64,000 nt of DNA, from NCBI GenBank assembly GCA_020629155.1, contig JAHDDW010000007.1, forward strand, positions 17,525-81,524, read 5' to 3'. The notes under the pieces were generated by a model. It was not told where the DNA came from and ran no database searches. It saw nothing but the letters and a program-made list of their open reading frames with translations. The stretch is from Acidimicrobiales bacterium. Its GTDB lineage: Bacteria; Actinomycetota; Acidimicrobiia; Acidimicrobiales; SZUA-35. The first letter of the stretch is position 1; every line of letters begins with the position of its first letter. A program made the translations under genes and the position numbers. Below, piece after piece: positions 54,896 to 64,000 of the stretch.

Positions 54896-56311
54896 ATGGG
54901 ATACGATTTTGTCGGAAGAGAAAAAGAGCTGCAGCAATTAGAAAGCATGCTACAGCGTAGCAAACCCTCCATAACTGTTATTTATGGAAGAAGACGCATT
55001 GGCAAAACCGAACTTATGAAGAAAGCTGTTTCCCAACAGCAGCACCTTTGGTTTGAGGGAACTGAAGGTCTTTCAACAAAACAGCAGATGGACCGATTCA
55101 TGCTCCAAATGACCGACCAAACAGGCATCACGCCTGAGGCTCCAGCAAAAAACTGGGCTGAACTTTTTCATACTCTAACCCCTCATTTCAAAGTAAACCC
55201 TTGCGTGCTGATCCTGGACGAATTTCAATGGCTGGCAAACTACCAGAACAGCGTAGTCTCTGACTTAAAAATGATTTGGGATCGATACTGGAGCCAAATT
55301 TCAGGAATGAAGCTAATTCTATGCGGCTCGATAGCTTCGTTTATGAAAGATAATGTCATAAAATCTTCCGCTCTTTACGGAAGAACGGAAACAATTATTC
55401 ATCTTCAAGCATTAAAATTGCGTGAGGTAGCTCTGTTACTTAACAAAGGCCCAGCAGAAACAATCGAGGCATACAACCTTTTCGGAGGCATCCCACTCTA
55501 TATCGCAATGTTGAGAGACCACGGTTCTTCTGTTGTCCTTGCGACGGAGGAACTAGCATTTACTCCTAACGGCTATTTTACAAATGAATATAAGCGAATA
55601 TTCACTAGCCACTTCGGGAAAAATCCAGTCTATGAAAAACTTATTCGCCTGCTCGCCGCTCATCCGTATGGGCTAACAAGAAACAAGATCACTGCTACTA
55701 AAAATATCGGAGAAGGAGGAAGACTAACTTCCTATCTCCGCAATCTTGAAGATGCAGGCTTTATCGCCTCAACAACACCTATCGATAAAAAATCGACATC
55801 CAAATTGATTAACTATGAGATCATTGATCCTTATATTCGGTTTTATTTTGCGTTTATAGAACCAAATCGTAAGAAGATCGAGGCCCAGGGCGGCCCTCTA
55901 TTTCCAGCAATATCACGCTCCGCGAAATATCGTTCGTGGCTTGGCAGATCGTTTGAATATACCTGTCGGGCACACACGTATGAGCTAAGTGACAAACTAG
56001 GTTTTCGCGCAGTGTCTTACTCTGCTGGACCTTTCTTCCGTAGCGCTTCAGAGGCAACACATGGCGTCCAGCTTGACCTTCTCTTCGACAGAGCAGACAA
56101 TGTTTTACTGGTTTGTGAAATGAAATATAGCCAAAATAAAATCGGCGTAACCATCCTCAAAGAGCTAGAACGCAAAGAATCAATCTTGACAGAGTTCTTC
56201 CCCAGCAAAACAATCCTTTCAACGCTGATCACTGCTAACGGGGTGACGAAAGAGGTACAGGAACATTTAGGGCCGAATCGCATCGTCTCGATTAAAGACC
56301 TCCTGGCTTGA
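54896..56311 (+). CDS. AAA-type ATPase with C-terminal PD-(D/E)XK (DUF234-like) domain, copy 2
   Basis: Walker A YGRRRIGKTELM, Walker B LILDEFQW and GVQLDLLF...LVCEMKY. Long identical runs with copy 1. Confidence 0.75.
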   Translation: MGYDFVGREKELQQLESMLQRSKPSITVIYGRRRIGKTELMKKAVSQQQHLWFEGTEGLSTKQQMDRFMLQMTDQTGITPEAPAKNWAELFHTLTPHFKVNPCVLILDEFQWLANYQNSVVSDLKMIWDRYWSQISGMKLILCGSIASFMKDNVIKSSALYGRTETIIHLQALKLREVALLLNKGPAETIEAYNLFGGIPLYIAMLRDHGSSVVLATEELAFTPNGYFTNEYKRIFTSHFGKNPVYEKLIRLLAAHPYGLTRNKITATKNIGEGGRLTSYLRNLEDAGFIASTTPIDKKSTSKLINYEIIDPYIRFYFAFIEPNRKKIEAQGGPLFPAISRSAKYRSWLGRSFEYTCRAHTYELSDKLGFRAVSYSAGPFFRSASEATHGVQLDLLFDRADNVLLVCEMKYSQNKIGVTILKELERKESILTEFFPSKTILSTLITANGVTKEVQEHLGPNRIVSIKDLLA

Positions 56312-56317
56312 GTAAGG

Positions 56318-57172
56318 CTACATAGCTAGTAGCACGATTCCGAATAAGGCAAGAAAAACTCCAGAAAGTTGGATCCAACGAAGTCGTTCTTTAAAGAACA
56401 CATAGGCTAGCAGAACATATATTGCTGGCGAACTACCCGCAATTGGCGCAGTAACAGCAGTGTCAGCCGAACCAATTGCATAGTTATAAAAAAGCCCAGC
56501 AAGAATGCCAAGAGGAATAGAAATAGCAAAAAACTTTAACGGCTTTGGAAGCCGCATACAATCTGTTTCTTTAGAAAATTTTATCATAGCTAGATAGACA
56601 ACAGACAGCGAGACAAATGAAAGATATTGCGGTAGAAACCAACCTACATTTTCTACTGGAATATCTATTAGAGCGAAATAGACGCCCCATAACAGCAACG
56701 CGCCAAGCGAGTACCAAATAGGAGTACCTTTTGATTGAGAAGTTGGACTCAGCCCAGCGCTTAAAGAGGATAGCAGAACCCCACAGAGCACCATACCGAT
56801 CGCCCCGACCTCGATTACTGCCAAGGTCTCGCCGAAGAAGAATACTGCTACTAGTGCACTAACAGCTGGGAAAGATCCACCGATTACGCCACCCAGAATT
56901 GCATTACCATCTGCAAGCCCTCGCACAAAGAATAAACTCCCGAAAGCTAGAACGATACCTAAACCAAGAATCTGGAACCATTCATAGAAAGTCATCGACT
57001 GCAGTTCGCCACGACTAAAGAAAAGCATTGGGCTAAAGAGAACCAACGTAAGAATAGACTTCCAAAACGAAATCCGGAGAGAAGAATTATGATGTTTGAT
57101 GAGTACAGCAATGACGATATCCGAAACGGCAAATGATACATTAGCTAAGAAGGCAGCTAAAACAGGGTTCAT
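56318..57172 (-). CDS. EamA/DMT-family transporter
   Basis: 284 aa with 10 hydrophobic segments in two repeats. Confidence 0.75.
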   Translation of the reverse strand: MNPVLAAFLANVSFAVSDIVIAVLIKHHNSSLRISFWKSILTLVLFSPMLFFSRGELQSMTFYEWFQILGLGIVLAFGSLFFVRGLADGNAILGGVIGGSFPAVSALVAVFFFGETLAVIEVGAIGMVLCGVLLSSLSAGLSPTSQSKGTPIWYSLGALLLWGVYFALIDIPVENVGWFLPQYLSFVSLSVVYLAMIKFSKETDCMRLPKPLKFFAISIPLGILAGLFYNYAIGSADTAVTAPIAGSSPAIYVLLAYVFFKERLRWIQLSGVFLALFGIVLLAM

Positions 57173-57242
57173 CCAGCACTCTGGGTATGATGTTCGAAGT
57201 ACTGGCTAAAAAAATTCATTAGAAATATTCATTCTACAGTTT

Positions 57243-57815
57243 TTAATTGCAGCGTCCGTCTTGTTCGCGAAAAGCGTACCCGACGATTTCGCCTTCTGGC
57301 GATAGCGTCACGTTACAGCAGTCACCTAACACCTCAGCCAGTTTGCGTCTCCCCCGCTGCACACGAGATTTCATAGCAGAAACCGAAACATTTTCTTGCT
57401 GGGCTGCCACGACTTGACTGATACCGTCAATCTCGACTTTACGCAAAGCATCGCTATATTTAGCAGGCAACGAGTCAATCATTGGCTGCAAACAAGCTGC
57501 CAATTCTTGCGATGCTTGATTAGGAGCTACCGATAGTTCTGCATCAACCATCTCAAACGCAGAACTATCAAGTGACTCATGATGCTTACGTGTTCTGTAA
57601 TGGTCGATCACAGCATTACGAGCCGTTCTATATAGCCACGCCAGTGGATTGTGAATAGAATTCGGCGGCTGTTTCATAAATCGCTCTAGAACGTCTTGCG
57701 TCACATCTTCGGCTGCACTCACGTCGCTAATACGACGTGAAACAAACTGGAAAATCTGCGAATATAAATCGAACCGCCCAGCGGCGCGGTCATTTTCTTT
57801 ATCTGAATCTGCCAT
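57243..57815 (-). CDS. ECF-type RNA polymerase sigma factor with Cys-rich C-terminal tail (SigZ-like)
   Basis: 190 aa from ATG 57815. Region 2 DVTQDVLERF and region 4 ISQVVAAQQENVSVSAMKSRVQRGRRKL. Tail GDCCNVTLSPEGEIVGYAFREQDGRCN. Confidence 0.8.
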   Translation of the reverse strand: MADSDKENDRAAGRFDLYSQIFQFVSRRISDVSAAEDVTQDVLERFMKQPPNSIHNPLAWLYRTARNAVIDHYRTRKHHESLDSSAFEMVDAELSVAPNQASQELAACLQPMIDSLPAKYSDALRKVEIDGISQVVAAQQENVSVSAMKSRVQRGRRKLAEVLGDCCNVTLSPEGEIVGYAFREQDGRCN

Positions 57816-57843
57816 CTCTACACCTACGATACTCGAACAGGTC

Positions 57844-58320
57844 TTAGCAACAAGAAGAACCAGATGCTGCCGTCGAGCAACATTGGCTAGCAGATTCGCT
57901 ACCATCAGCGCCTTCCAACACGGTATAGAACTCCCATGTCCCAACAGGAACATCGGGAGCAGTCACGTACACCTTATCTTGGACGCTATGACAGCATGAT
58001 TCTTTCATAGCATTACGAGTCGTTAAACCTTTCTCGACAAATTCTCCAGCAAGATGCTCTACCGATTCTGAGTCGGCAACTTCGACCCCAAGATGATTAA
58101 GCGGCGGAGCGTCAATGTTCTCGAATAACACAAGTTTGAGAGGAGGATCAGCTACTACAAAGTTTGCATAGCCGTCACGCACTTTAGCTGGCGCGACGGT
58201 AAACAATTTTTCGTAGAATTCGATCGCTACTGTCAGATTTGACACGTTAAGCGCTAACTGCAATCGACTCGTAGGTGTGTTCTCTGTCTGATTGTTCTCT
58301 TCTATCATTTTGCTCGTCAT
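57844..58320 (-). CDS. ArsI/CadI-family glyoxalase-fold metalloenzyme
   Basis: RLQLALNVSNLTVAIEFYEKLF...GYANFVVADPPLKLVLFEN...LNHLGVEV with a vicinal Cys pair ESCCHSVQDKVYV. C-terminal QCC...SSCC. Confidence 0.75.
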   Translation of the reverse strand: MTSKMIEENNQTENTPTSRLQLALNVSNLTVAIEFYEKLFTVAPAKVRDGYANFVVADPPLKLVLFENIDAPPLNHLGVEVADSESVEHLAGEFVEKGLTTRNAMKESCCHSVQDKVYVTAPDVPVGTWEFYTVLEGADGSESASQCCSTAASGSSCC

Positions 58321-58395
58321 AGTGTTTCCTTTTTAGCTTCTGCTATCTCAGACGAAGCCCTACCCAAAAGGACGCAAAACGAATCTACGTTAACT

Positions 58396-59967
58396 CTATT
58401 TTGCGTTTACTCCATGCCCGACATGGCCGTGATCTCCATGGTTGTTCGCAAGAGGTGCGCAATAGGCAGCGTCTGCTGGCTGAGAATATGTTTTCGCTGG
58501 GTTTGGGCAAAGCTGCGAACGTAAATCTTCTGCCGATACTTTCTGTGGCCCAGTATATTGCGGACGATATTTTAATGCTGGCCCAGGTAAAGGGTTCAAA
58601 TAATCAGGACCGCCATCTGTCAGATAACCCATCCCACAGCCGCCAAAAGAGTCATTGTTCACACAGTTATCTAAAAACATTTGGTTAGTCTCGCGATGCC
58701 AACCACCCCACCAATCGCCGTGCACTGTTGCCCCTGGTGTTCCTACCTCAGATGTTTTAGGGTTAACGTCGGAAGAAAGATACCAACCGCTAGTATCTTC
58801 ACCTTTATCCACCACATAGTTGACGAAATATTCAAGATTTGTAAACGTTGTTTGCCCTTGACAATCGCTGCCAAACCAACCACCGTATGCAGGAACTGAA
58901 AAGTTATTAGGGTCGCTTGCATCTTTGCCATTCCAGCATTGAGGAAACTTTACGTTCATTTCCAACACGGTTCTATTTTGGCCAACAGCATAGCGATCGC
59001 CATTACAGTCAGGAATTATGTTTGCGGCAGGGTCTTGCGGCAATGAGAAGTTATCGGAGCATTTAAACGAAAATTGTCCTAGCGCACTGCCTGGGCCTTC
59101 TAGCGTATTGATGTTGGAGGCTGTGATCATCGCTGCTTCTGGAGGATATGGCTGGGCGTCTCCGTTTGCTAAACCTTCCCCTTTGTAATAGACAACAATG
59201 CGCTCAGGGATACGCACATTGCCCTTGCTGTCGAACATTGCTGGCACCCAATAGCCTGTGCGGTTTAGCTCTTGCCCGTTGCAGGTGCTGCTACCAGAAT
59301 TAAGCAACGTGTCATAGGTCGAAAACGCATTCACATGAGTATTACCGAAATACATATGAAGATGAGAAGCCCCAGGTTTCTTCGGAAAAACTAACGCGTC
59401 GTCATAACTGAAATGAGAGAACTCACACGATGTGCGGAACTGGCCGCCTGCAGGTATTGGAAATGAATGCTCAGGGTTACCTTCTGGGTTACCTTGGTAT
59501 TCTGAGCGTGGCCCATAGAGTTCTTCCACTGGAAGCTGTGCTGATGGCGTGTTTAAAAAAGGGCTTGCATCGTGATTGGTATTGCGGTGTGGGCTAGAAA
59601 GAATCATGTCAAGATTTGCTTGGCCAGTCAAATTTACTGGTTGGTTATCTTTTGACGTATCGGTTTTTTCTTTTGACTGCGCTTCATCTGCTACGTTTGT
59701 TTCATCTGGCGTCTCTTCTTCTTTAGTGTCTTCAGTATTTTCTTTCCCAGAGGTCTCCGAAGACTGGACGACTATTGTAGAGAGAGCGCTAGTTGCTGAT
59801 TGGGAATTCACCGACGTATCTGTTGCTAGTTGACTAGATCCATCATCTGCCAGCAAGCTGGACGACAAAATTCCGACGCCAAGCAAAACAAAAACCCCTC
59901 CGAAATAGGCAGCTACTTTTTTGGCTGATACTTTTTGTTTCCGCTGTTGAGATTGGTTGTGATCCAT
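58396..59967 (-). CDS. Membrane-anchored secreted DUF1996-domain protein
   Basis: TM segment VAAYFGGVFVLLGVGILSS and an acidic/Ser-Thr linker. DUF1996-like core FRTSCEFSHFSYDDALVFPKKPGASHLHMYFGN. Confidence 0.65.
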   Translation of the reverse strand: MDHNQSQQRKQKVSAKKVAAYFGGVFVLLGVGILSSSLLADDGSSQLATDTSVNSQSATSALSTIVVQSSETSGKENTEDTKEEETPDETNVADEAQSKEKTDTSKDNQPVNLTGQANLDMILSSPHRNTNHDASPFLNTPSAQLPVEELYGPRSEYQGNPEGNPEHSFPIPAGGQFRTSCEFSHFSYDDALVFPKKPGASHLHMYFGNTHVNAFSTYDTLLNSGSSTCNGQELNRTGYWVPAMFDSKGNVRIPERIVVYYKGEGLANGDAQPYPPEAAMITASNINTLEGPGSALGQFSFKCSDNFSLPQDPAANIIPDCNGDRYAVGQNRTVLEMNVKFPQCWNGKDASDPNNFSVPAYGGWFGSDCQGQTTFTNLEYFVNYVVDKGEDTSGWYLSSDVNPKTSEVGTPGATVHGDWWGGWHRETNQMFLDNCVNNDSFGGCGMGYLTDGGPDYLNPLPGPALKYRPQYTGPQKVSAEDLRSQLCPNPAKTYSQPADAAYCAPLANNHGDHGHVGHGVNAK

Positions 59968-60126
59968 GTGCGCCTTTAGAGAATGCAGCTGTTTACCCTA
60001 CCATTAAGCGTATCTGCTTGAATTCTAGTTTGAAGTCAACTTTGATTTGATTGCTTGGCAATAAACAAATCAGAGAAGTGATTAAGAGCATGTATTTAAT
60101 CTAGATATCAGATAGAGTTTTTTATT

Positions 60127-63100
60127 GTGACAGGTGAAAACGATCAAATAGCAGCAGGCCAAAACTCGTGGTTTGAAAAAGAAATGTATGACCAGTGGAG
60201 GCAGAATCCGAAATCGGTTCCAGAACAGTGGCAAGCTAAGTTTGCTGGCGTGGCCGAATCTCCAACTGCTCCGACAGCCACAGCCCCTGCGACAGCTAGT
60301 CAACCAGTTGCAGCTGCCGCACCAGCAACAGCTCTTCCTGCAACGCCAGCTCTTGCTGCTCAAGAAAAAGAGACACCAGCAAAGAAGCCAGCAAGTTCTA
60401 CAGACACCGCCGCTGGCGAACCGATCAAAGGCGTTCCAGCTCTTATCGCTAAAAACATGAACGAAAGTTTGACTGTACCCACGGCAACATCGTTCCGTGA
60501 AGTGCCGGCAAAACTACTTGAGCTTAACCGTAAAGTTGTTAATAATCATCTGAGTCGTATTCGCGGCGGGAAAATCAGTTTTACGCACCTTATTGGCTAT
60601 GCGATTGTACGAGCTATCGTCGAAGAAGTCCCAGGCCTCAGCAACTCCTATGTTGAAGACGAAAACGGCAAACCTCGTCTTATCCGCAATGAACACGTCA
60701 ACCTTGGTATCGCTGTTGACCAGCAAAAACCAGACGGATCTCGTTCACTTATTGTTCCAGTTATTAAAAACACTGAAACAATGAGCTTTGCAGAGTTCGT
60801 TGCGGCATACGAAGCGCTTGTCAAAAAGGTTCGCGGCAATAAAATAGCTGTCGACGATTTGATGGGAGCGACAGTCACGCTCACCAATCCTGGAACTATT
60901 GGCACTGTCCAATCTGTTCCGCGTTTAATGCCTGGCCAAGGTGCGATCATTGGCGTTGGCCGCATCGGCTACCCAGCAGAATTTGAAGCGACAGATCCAA
61001 GAACTATCGCAAAACTTGGTATTTCGAAAATTATTACCGTCACCTCAACCTATGACCATCGCATTATCCAAGGTGCTGAATCTGGTTTCTTCTTAAAGAA
61101 AGTTCATGAACTTCTCGTTGGCAAAGAAGAGTTCTATGACAAAGCATTTGCCGACTTAGGTGTTCCTTACGAAGCGATCAAATGGAACAGCGACGCTGCT
61201 CGCAGCAGTGAAGATAACCGATCAGCGACAAAACGACTCAATAAAGAACTCGCTGTTAGCAACCTTATTAACCAGTACCGATCTCGTGGGCATCTAATTG
61301 CTACAACAAATCCGTTGAAAGAAACCGCGGAGCAAATGCACACCGAGCTTGACCCTGCCACCTATGGTTTAACTATATGGGATCTTGACAGAGAGTTCCT
61401 TACTGGCTACGAAAACAGTGTGTACGCCCCGATTAGTACAGACAAAACACATATGAAACTCGGCGATATTCTTGGCACACTCAGAGATGCCTATTGTCGA
61501 ACAATCGGTATTGAATACATGCATATTTCTGACCCAGTCGAGAAGCGCTGGATGCAGGAACAGCTTGAAGGCAGCGATGTAACAACCGACCCGAAGCAGC
61601 AGCAACGCATTTTAGACAGAGTGTGCGCGGCTGAAGCATTAGAGAAATTTCTTGCTTCTCGCTACGTCGGCCAAAAACGTTTTGGGCTTGAAGGCGCTGA
61701 GAGCGCTATCGCCATTTTAGATGCTCTTCTTAACGAAGCTGCTGGCGATTCTTTAGATAAAGCCATCATTGGTATGGCACACCGTGGCCGTCTCAACGTT
61801 CTTCTTAACATCATGGGCAAAGACCCAGTCAAGCTTTTTAAAGAGTTCGAAGGCGCTATCGATGCTGACGCTGTTCAAGGTGGCGGCGATGTCAAATATC
61901 ACCTTGGGTATGAAGGAATCCACACGAATCCAGCTGGCGAGCAGCTCGAAATAGAACTTGCTGCTAACCCATCGCATCTAGAAGCGGTAGACCCTGTCGT
62001 AGTGGGTATGGCACGCGCATACATGGACCAGAGCGACACAGGCGGCTATCCAATTCTGCCTATTCTTGTCCACGGAGATGCTGCGTTTGCTGGCCAAGGT
62101 GTTGTGCCTGAAACGTTGAACCTTTCGCAGGTAAAAGGTTACAAAGTAGGCGGCACTGTCCACCTTGTCATTAACAACCAACTGGGATACACCACTGCAC
62201 CGCACCAGTCACGATCGACTGATTATTCAACTGATGTGGCTAAAGCTGTTCAGGCACCTATTTTCCATGTCAACGCTGACTATCCAGAAGCGTGTGCGAG
62301 GGTAGCGAAGATAGCCTTTGATTACCGTCAGAAATTTAATAAAGATGTTGTGATCGATATGATCGGCTATCGCCGACACGGACATAACGAAGGCGATGAT
62401 CCAAGCTACACGCAGCCGATGATGTATAGCAAGATTGCTACACGAGATTCAGTTCGAGACATGTATGCTCAAAGCCTTGATCAGCGAGATGAGATTGCTA
62501 GCGAAAAATCTGATGCCGTTTCTAAAAGTTACTATGACACGCTCCAAGCTGCGTTAGATAAAGCTCGTGCTGAAGCTCCTCCAGCTGGTTTGAAAGCGAA
62601 ACCTGCGCCAGAGCCAGTTGGTGTACTCCCACCAGTTGACACTGCTGTCGACGTTGAAGCAATCAATCATATTTTCGATATTTTGAATACTACACCTGAA
62701 GGGTTTACCGTTCATCCGAAACTTGCGAAACAGTTTGAAGCACGCAAGAAACTTTTCGCTGAAGGTCAAGTTGATTGGGCACTTGGCGAAGCATTCGCTT
62801 TGGGCACAATAGCAGCCCAAGGTACACCTGTGCGTATGGCTGGTCAAGACTCTCGTCGTGGCACGTTCGCACATCGCCATGCGACGCTACATGATTATGA
62901 AACAGGCGAAGAATACACTTCATTAGAAGCAGCTTCACCAAACGGCAATTTCTGGATTTATGACTCGACACTTTCGGAGTATGCTGCGCTTGGTTATGAA
63001 TATGGCTATGCGGTTGCTAACCCTAAAGCGCTTGTCTTGTGGGAAGCCCAGTTTGGAGATTTTGTCAACGGCGCTCAGATTGTTATTGATCAGTTCCTTG

Positions 63101-63807
63101 TCGCTTCTGAAGATAAGTGGGATCAGTCAGTTAGTTTAGTGATGCTGTTACCGCACGGCTATGAAGGCCAAGGTCCAGAGCATTCATCTGGCCGTTTAGA
63201 GCGTTTTTTGTTGGCCTGTGCTGAAGATAACATTCAAATCGCGAATGTGACAACAGCGGCACAATTCTTCCATTTGCTACGTCGACAGATAATCCAGCCA
63301 GATTCCAGGCCACTTATCGTATTCACGCCAAAATCTGGTTTACGGGCAAAAACCTCACGTTCTCCGCTTGAGAAACTTGTAAGCGGCCATTTCGAAGAAA
63401 CGCTCGACGATACCTCTGCAACTTCGCCGGAAGCAATCACCCGGGTTATCTTCGCATCAGGCAAAGTTGGAACCGAAGCGTTGACACACAAAGATGAGAA
63501 TAATCTCGACTTTGCCGCGGTAGTCAAAGTTGAACAACTCTATCCTTGGCCATTTGAAGGTGTTGCAGACGCATTAGCTAAATATAGCAATGCGAAAGAA
63601 ATTGTCTGGCTGCAGGAAGAACCTGAAAACATGGGCGCTTGGAACGCTGTTAAAGGCCGCCTCTATGAACGTCATGGAAACACGCACAAAATCAAACGTG
63701 TGAGCAGACGTGAATCTGGAAGCCCTGCGACAGGTTCAGCGGCGATTCATCGCCAAGAACAAGCTGAGCTACTTGAAAAAGCTTTCGATAAGGACATTTT
63801 CAACTAG
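60127..63807 (+). CDS. odhA: Multifunctional 2-oxoglutarate decarboxylase/dehydrogenase E1 with N-terminal E2-like acyltransferase domain (Kgd/OdhA type)
   Basis: 1226 aa. N-terminal SWFEKEMYDQW, Ala/Pro linker, acyltransferase core DHRIIQGAESG, then the E1o motifs GMAHRGRLNVL, HGDAAFAGQGVV, RRHGHNEGDDPS and LPHGYEGQGPEHSS. Confidence 0.93.
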   Translation: MTGENDQIAAGQNSWFEKEMYDQWRQNPKSVPEQWQAKFAGVAESPTAPTATAPATASQPVAAAAPATALPATPALAAQEKETPAKKPASSTDTAAGEPIKGVPALIAKNMNESLTVPTATSFREVPAKLLELNRKVVNNHLSRIRGGKISFTHLIGYAIVRAIVEEVPGLSNSYVEDENGKPRLIRNEHVNLGIAVDQQKPDGSRSLIVPVIKNTETMSFAEFVAAYEALVKKVRGNKIAVDDLMGATVTLTNPGTIGTVQSVPRLMPGQGAIIGVGRIGYPAEFEATDPRTIAKLGISKIITVTSTYDHRIIQGAESGFFLKKVHELLVGKEEFYDKAFADLGVPYEAIKWNSDAARSSEDNRSATKRLNKELAVSNLINQYRSRGHLIATTNPLKETAEQMHTELDPATYGLTIWDLDREFLTGYENSVYAPISTDKTHMKLGDILGTLRDAYCRTIGIEYMHISDPVEKRWMQEQLEGSDVTTDPKQQQRILDRVCAAEALEKFLASRYVGQKRFGLEGAESAIAILDALLNEAAGDSLDKAIIGMAHRGRLNVLLNIMGKDPVKLFKEFEGAIDADAVQGGGDVKYHLGYEGIHTNPAGEQLEIELAANPSHLEAVDPVVVGMARAYMDQSDTGGYPILPILVHGDAAFAGQGVVPETLNLSQVKGYKVGGTVHLVINNQLGYTTAPHQSRSTDYSTDVAKAVQAPIFHVNADYPEACARVAKIAFDYRQKFNKDVVIDMIGYRRHGHNEGDDPSYTQPMMYSKIATRDSVRDMYAQSLDQRDEIASEKSDAVSKSYYDTLQAALDKARAEAPPAGLKAKPAPEPVGVLPPVDTAVDVEAINHIFDILNTTPEGFTVHPKLAKQFEARKKLFAEGQVDWALGEAFALGTIAAQGTPVRMAGQDSRRGTFAHRHATLHDYETGEEYTSLEAASPNGNFWIYDSTLSEYAALGYEYGYAVANPKALVLWEAQFGDFVNGAQIVIDQFLVASEDKWDQSVSLVMLLPHGYEGQGPEHSSGRLERFLLACAEDNIQIANVTTAAQFFHLLRRQIIQPDSRPLIVFTPKSGLRAKTSRSPLEKLVSGHFEETLDDTSATSPEAITRVIFASGKVGTEALTHKDENNLDFAAVVKVEQLYPWPFEGVADALAKYSNAKEIVWLQEEPENMGAWNAVKGRLYERHGNTHKIKRVSRRESGSPATGSAAIHRQEQAELLEKAFDKDIFN

Positions 63808-64000
63808 ATCACCAGTGAAGTGCATGTACATTTTGTTACTTGCATGAAGTCTCTACCAGCTATAGAGAGCCAGACCTTCTAAGGCCACTTTGTCATTGGC
63901 GACCTTTGGATTTCTTTTCGCAACTCCTTAAGAAACCTCAAGATGCTCCGATGTGGGATTTGTCCGAAACGTATTCAAGGAGAACATCGTGGCAACTAAG

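Noticed and set aside
1-64000. Search for tRNA, rRNA, tmRNA, RNase P, integrase and transposase genes
   Set aside because: I saw no T-loop/acceptor-stem patterns or rRNA-like segments in the intergenic regions, and no recombinase-like ORF apart from the Rpn/YhgA-like nuclease. This was a scan by eye, so small RNAs could have been missed; tRNAscan-SE or Infernal should be run.

Overview
This is a 64-kb chromosomal segment that looks actinobacterial. The evidence is a Kgd/OdhA-type fused 2-oxoglutarate dehydrogenase, a DUF2469 gene, an LAxTG (sortase-E type) sorting signal, menA, the rpsP-KH-rimM-trmD-rplS block and lpd-E2-lipB/lipA synteny. GC is moderate and visibly uneven (judged by eye, not computed). 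I support about 55 protein genes and saw no rRNA, tRNA, CRISPR array, integrase or classical transposase. Housekeeping blocks: gatCA, gnd, menA, lpd/E2/lipBA, the ribosomal-protein block, murF, ddl and odhA. Envelope and secreted functions: an M15B peptidase, SodC, an S8 protease, a 1309-aa LAKTG-anchored adhesin, a pyruvyl-transferase operon and an acyltransferase-3. Short AT-richer islets carrying small accessory modules interrupt these blocks. The main observations are: (1) A ~0.7-kb integrase-less cassette (5400-6098) is inserted in the 3' end of the M15 peptidase gene. It duplicates the gene's last 7 codons in different codons, has 13-bp inverted repeats, and carries a toxin-antitoxin-like gene pair. 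A frameshifted relative of the toxin-like gene sits at 12711-13119. (2) Two paralogous AAA ATPase + PD-(D/E)XK (DUF234-like) genes share the same apparently leaderless promoter geometry. (3) An unknown 176-aa gene is translationally coupled to an Rpn/YhgA-like nuclease. (4) An opposite-strand block of two unknown genes, plus a 330-bp noncoding segment bounded by inverted repeats, splits a lipid operon (acyl-CoA reductase/HAD - LarA-like - PlsC). (5) An RHH-PIN cassette is flanked by 11-bp direct repeats. (6) lipB and lipA are fused in frame. (7) A 3 x 65-bp hairpin-bearing tandem repeat lies between lpd and E2. (8) An orphan CpaF-like ATPase lies next to a DUF3800 gene. (9) A small ORF is split exactly at a G_GGT_TTT slippery heptamer. 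All family calls come from motif recognition by eye; no database search was possible.
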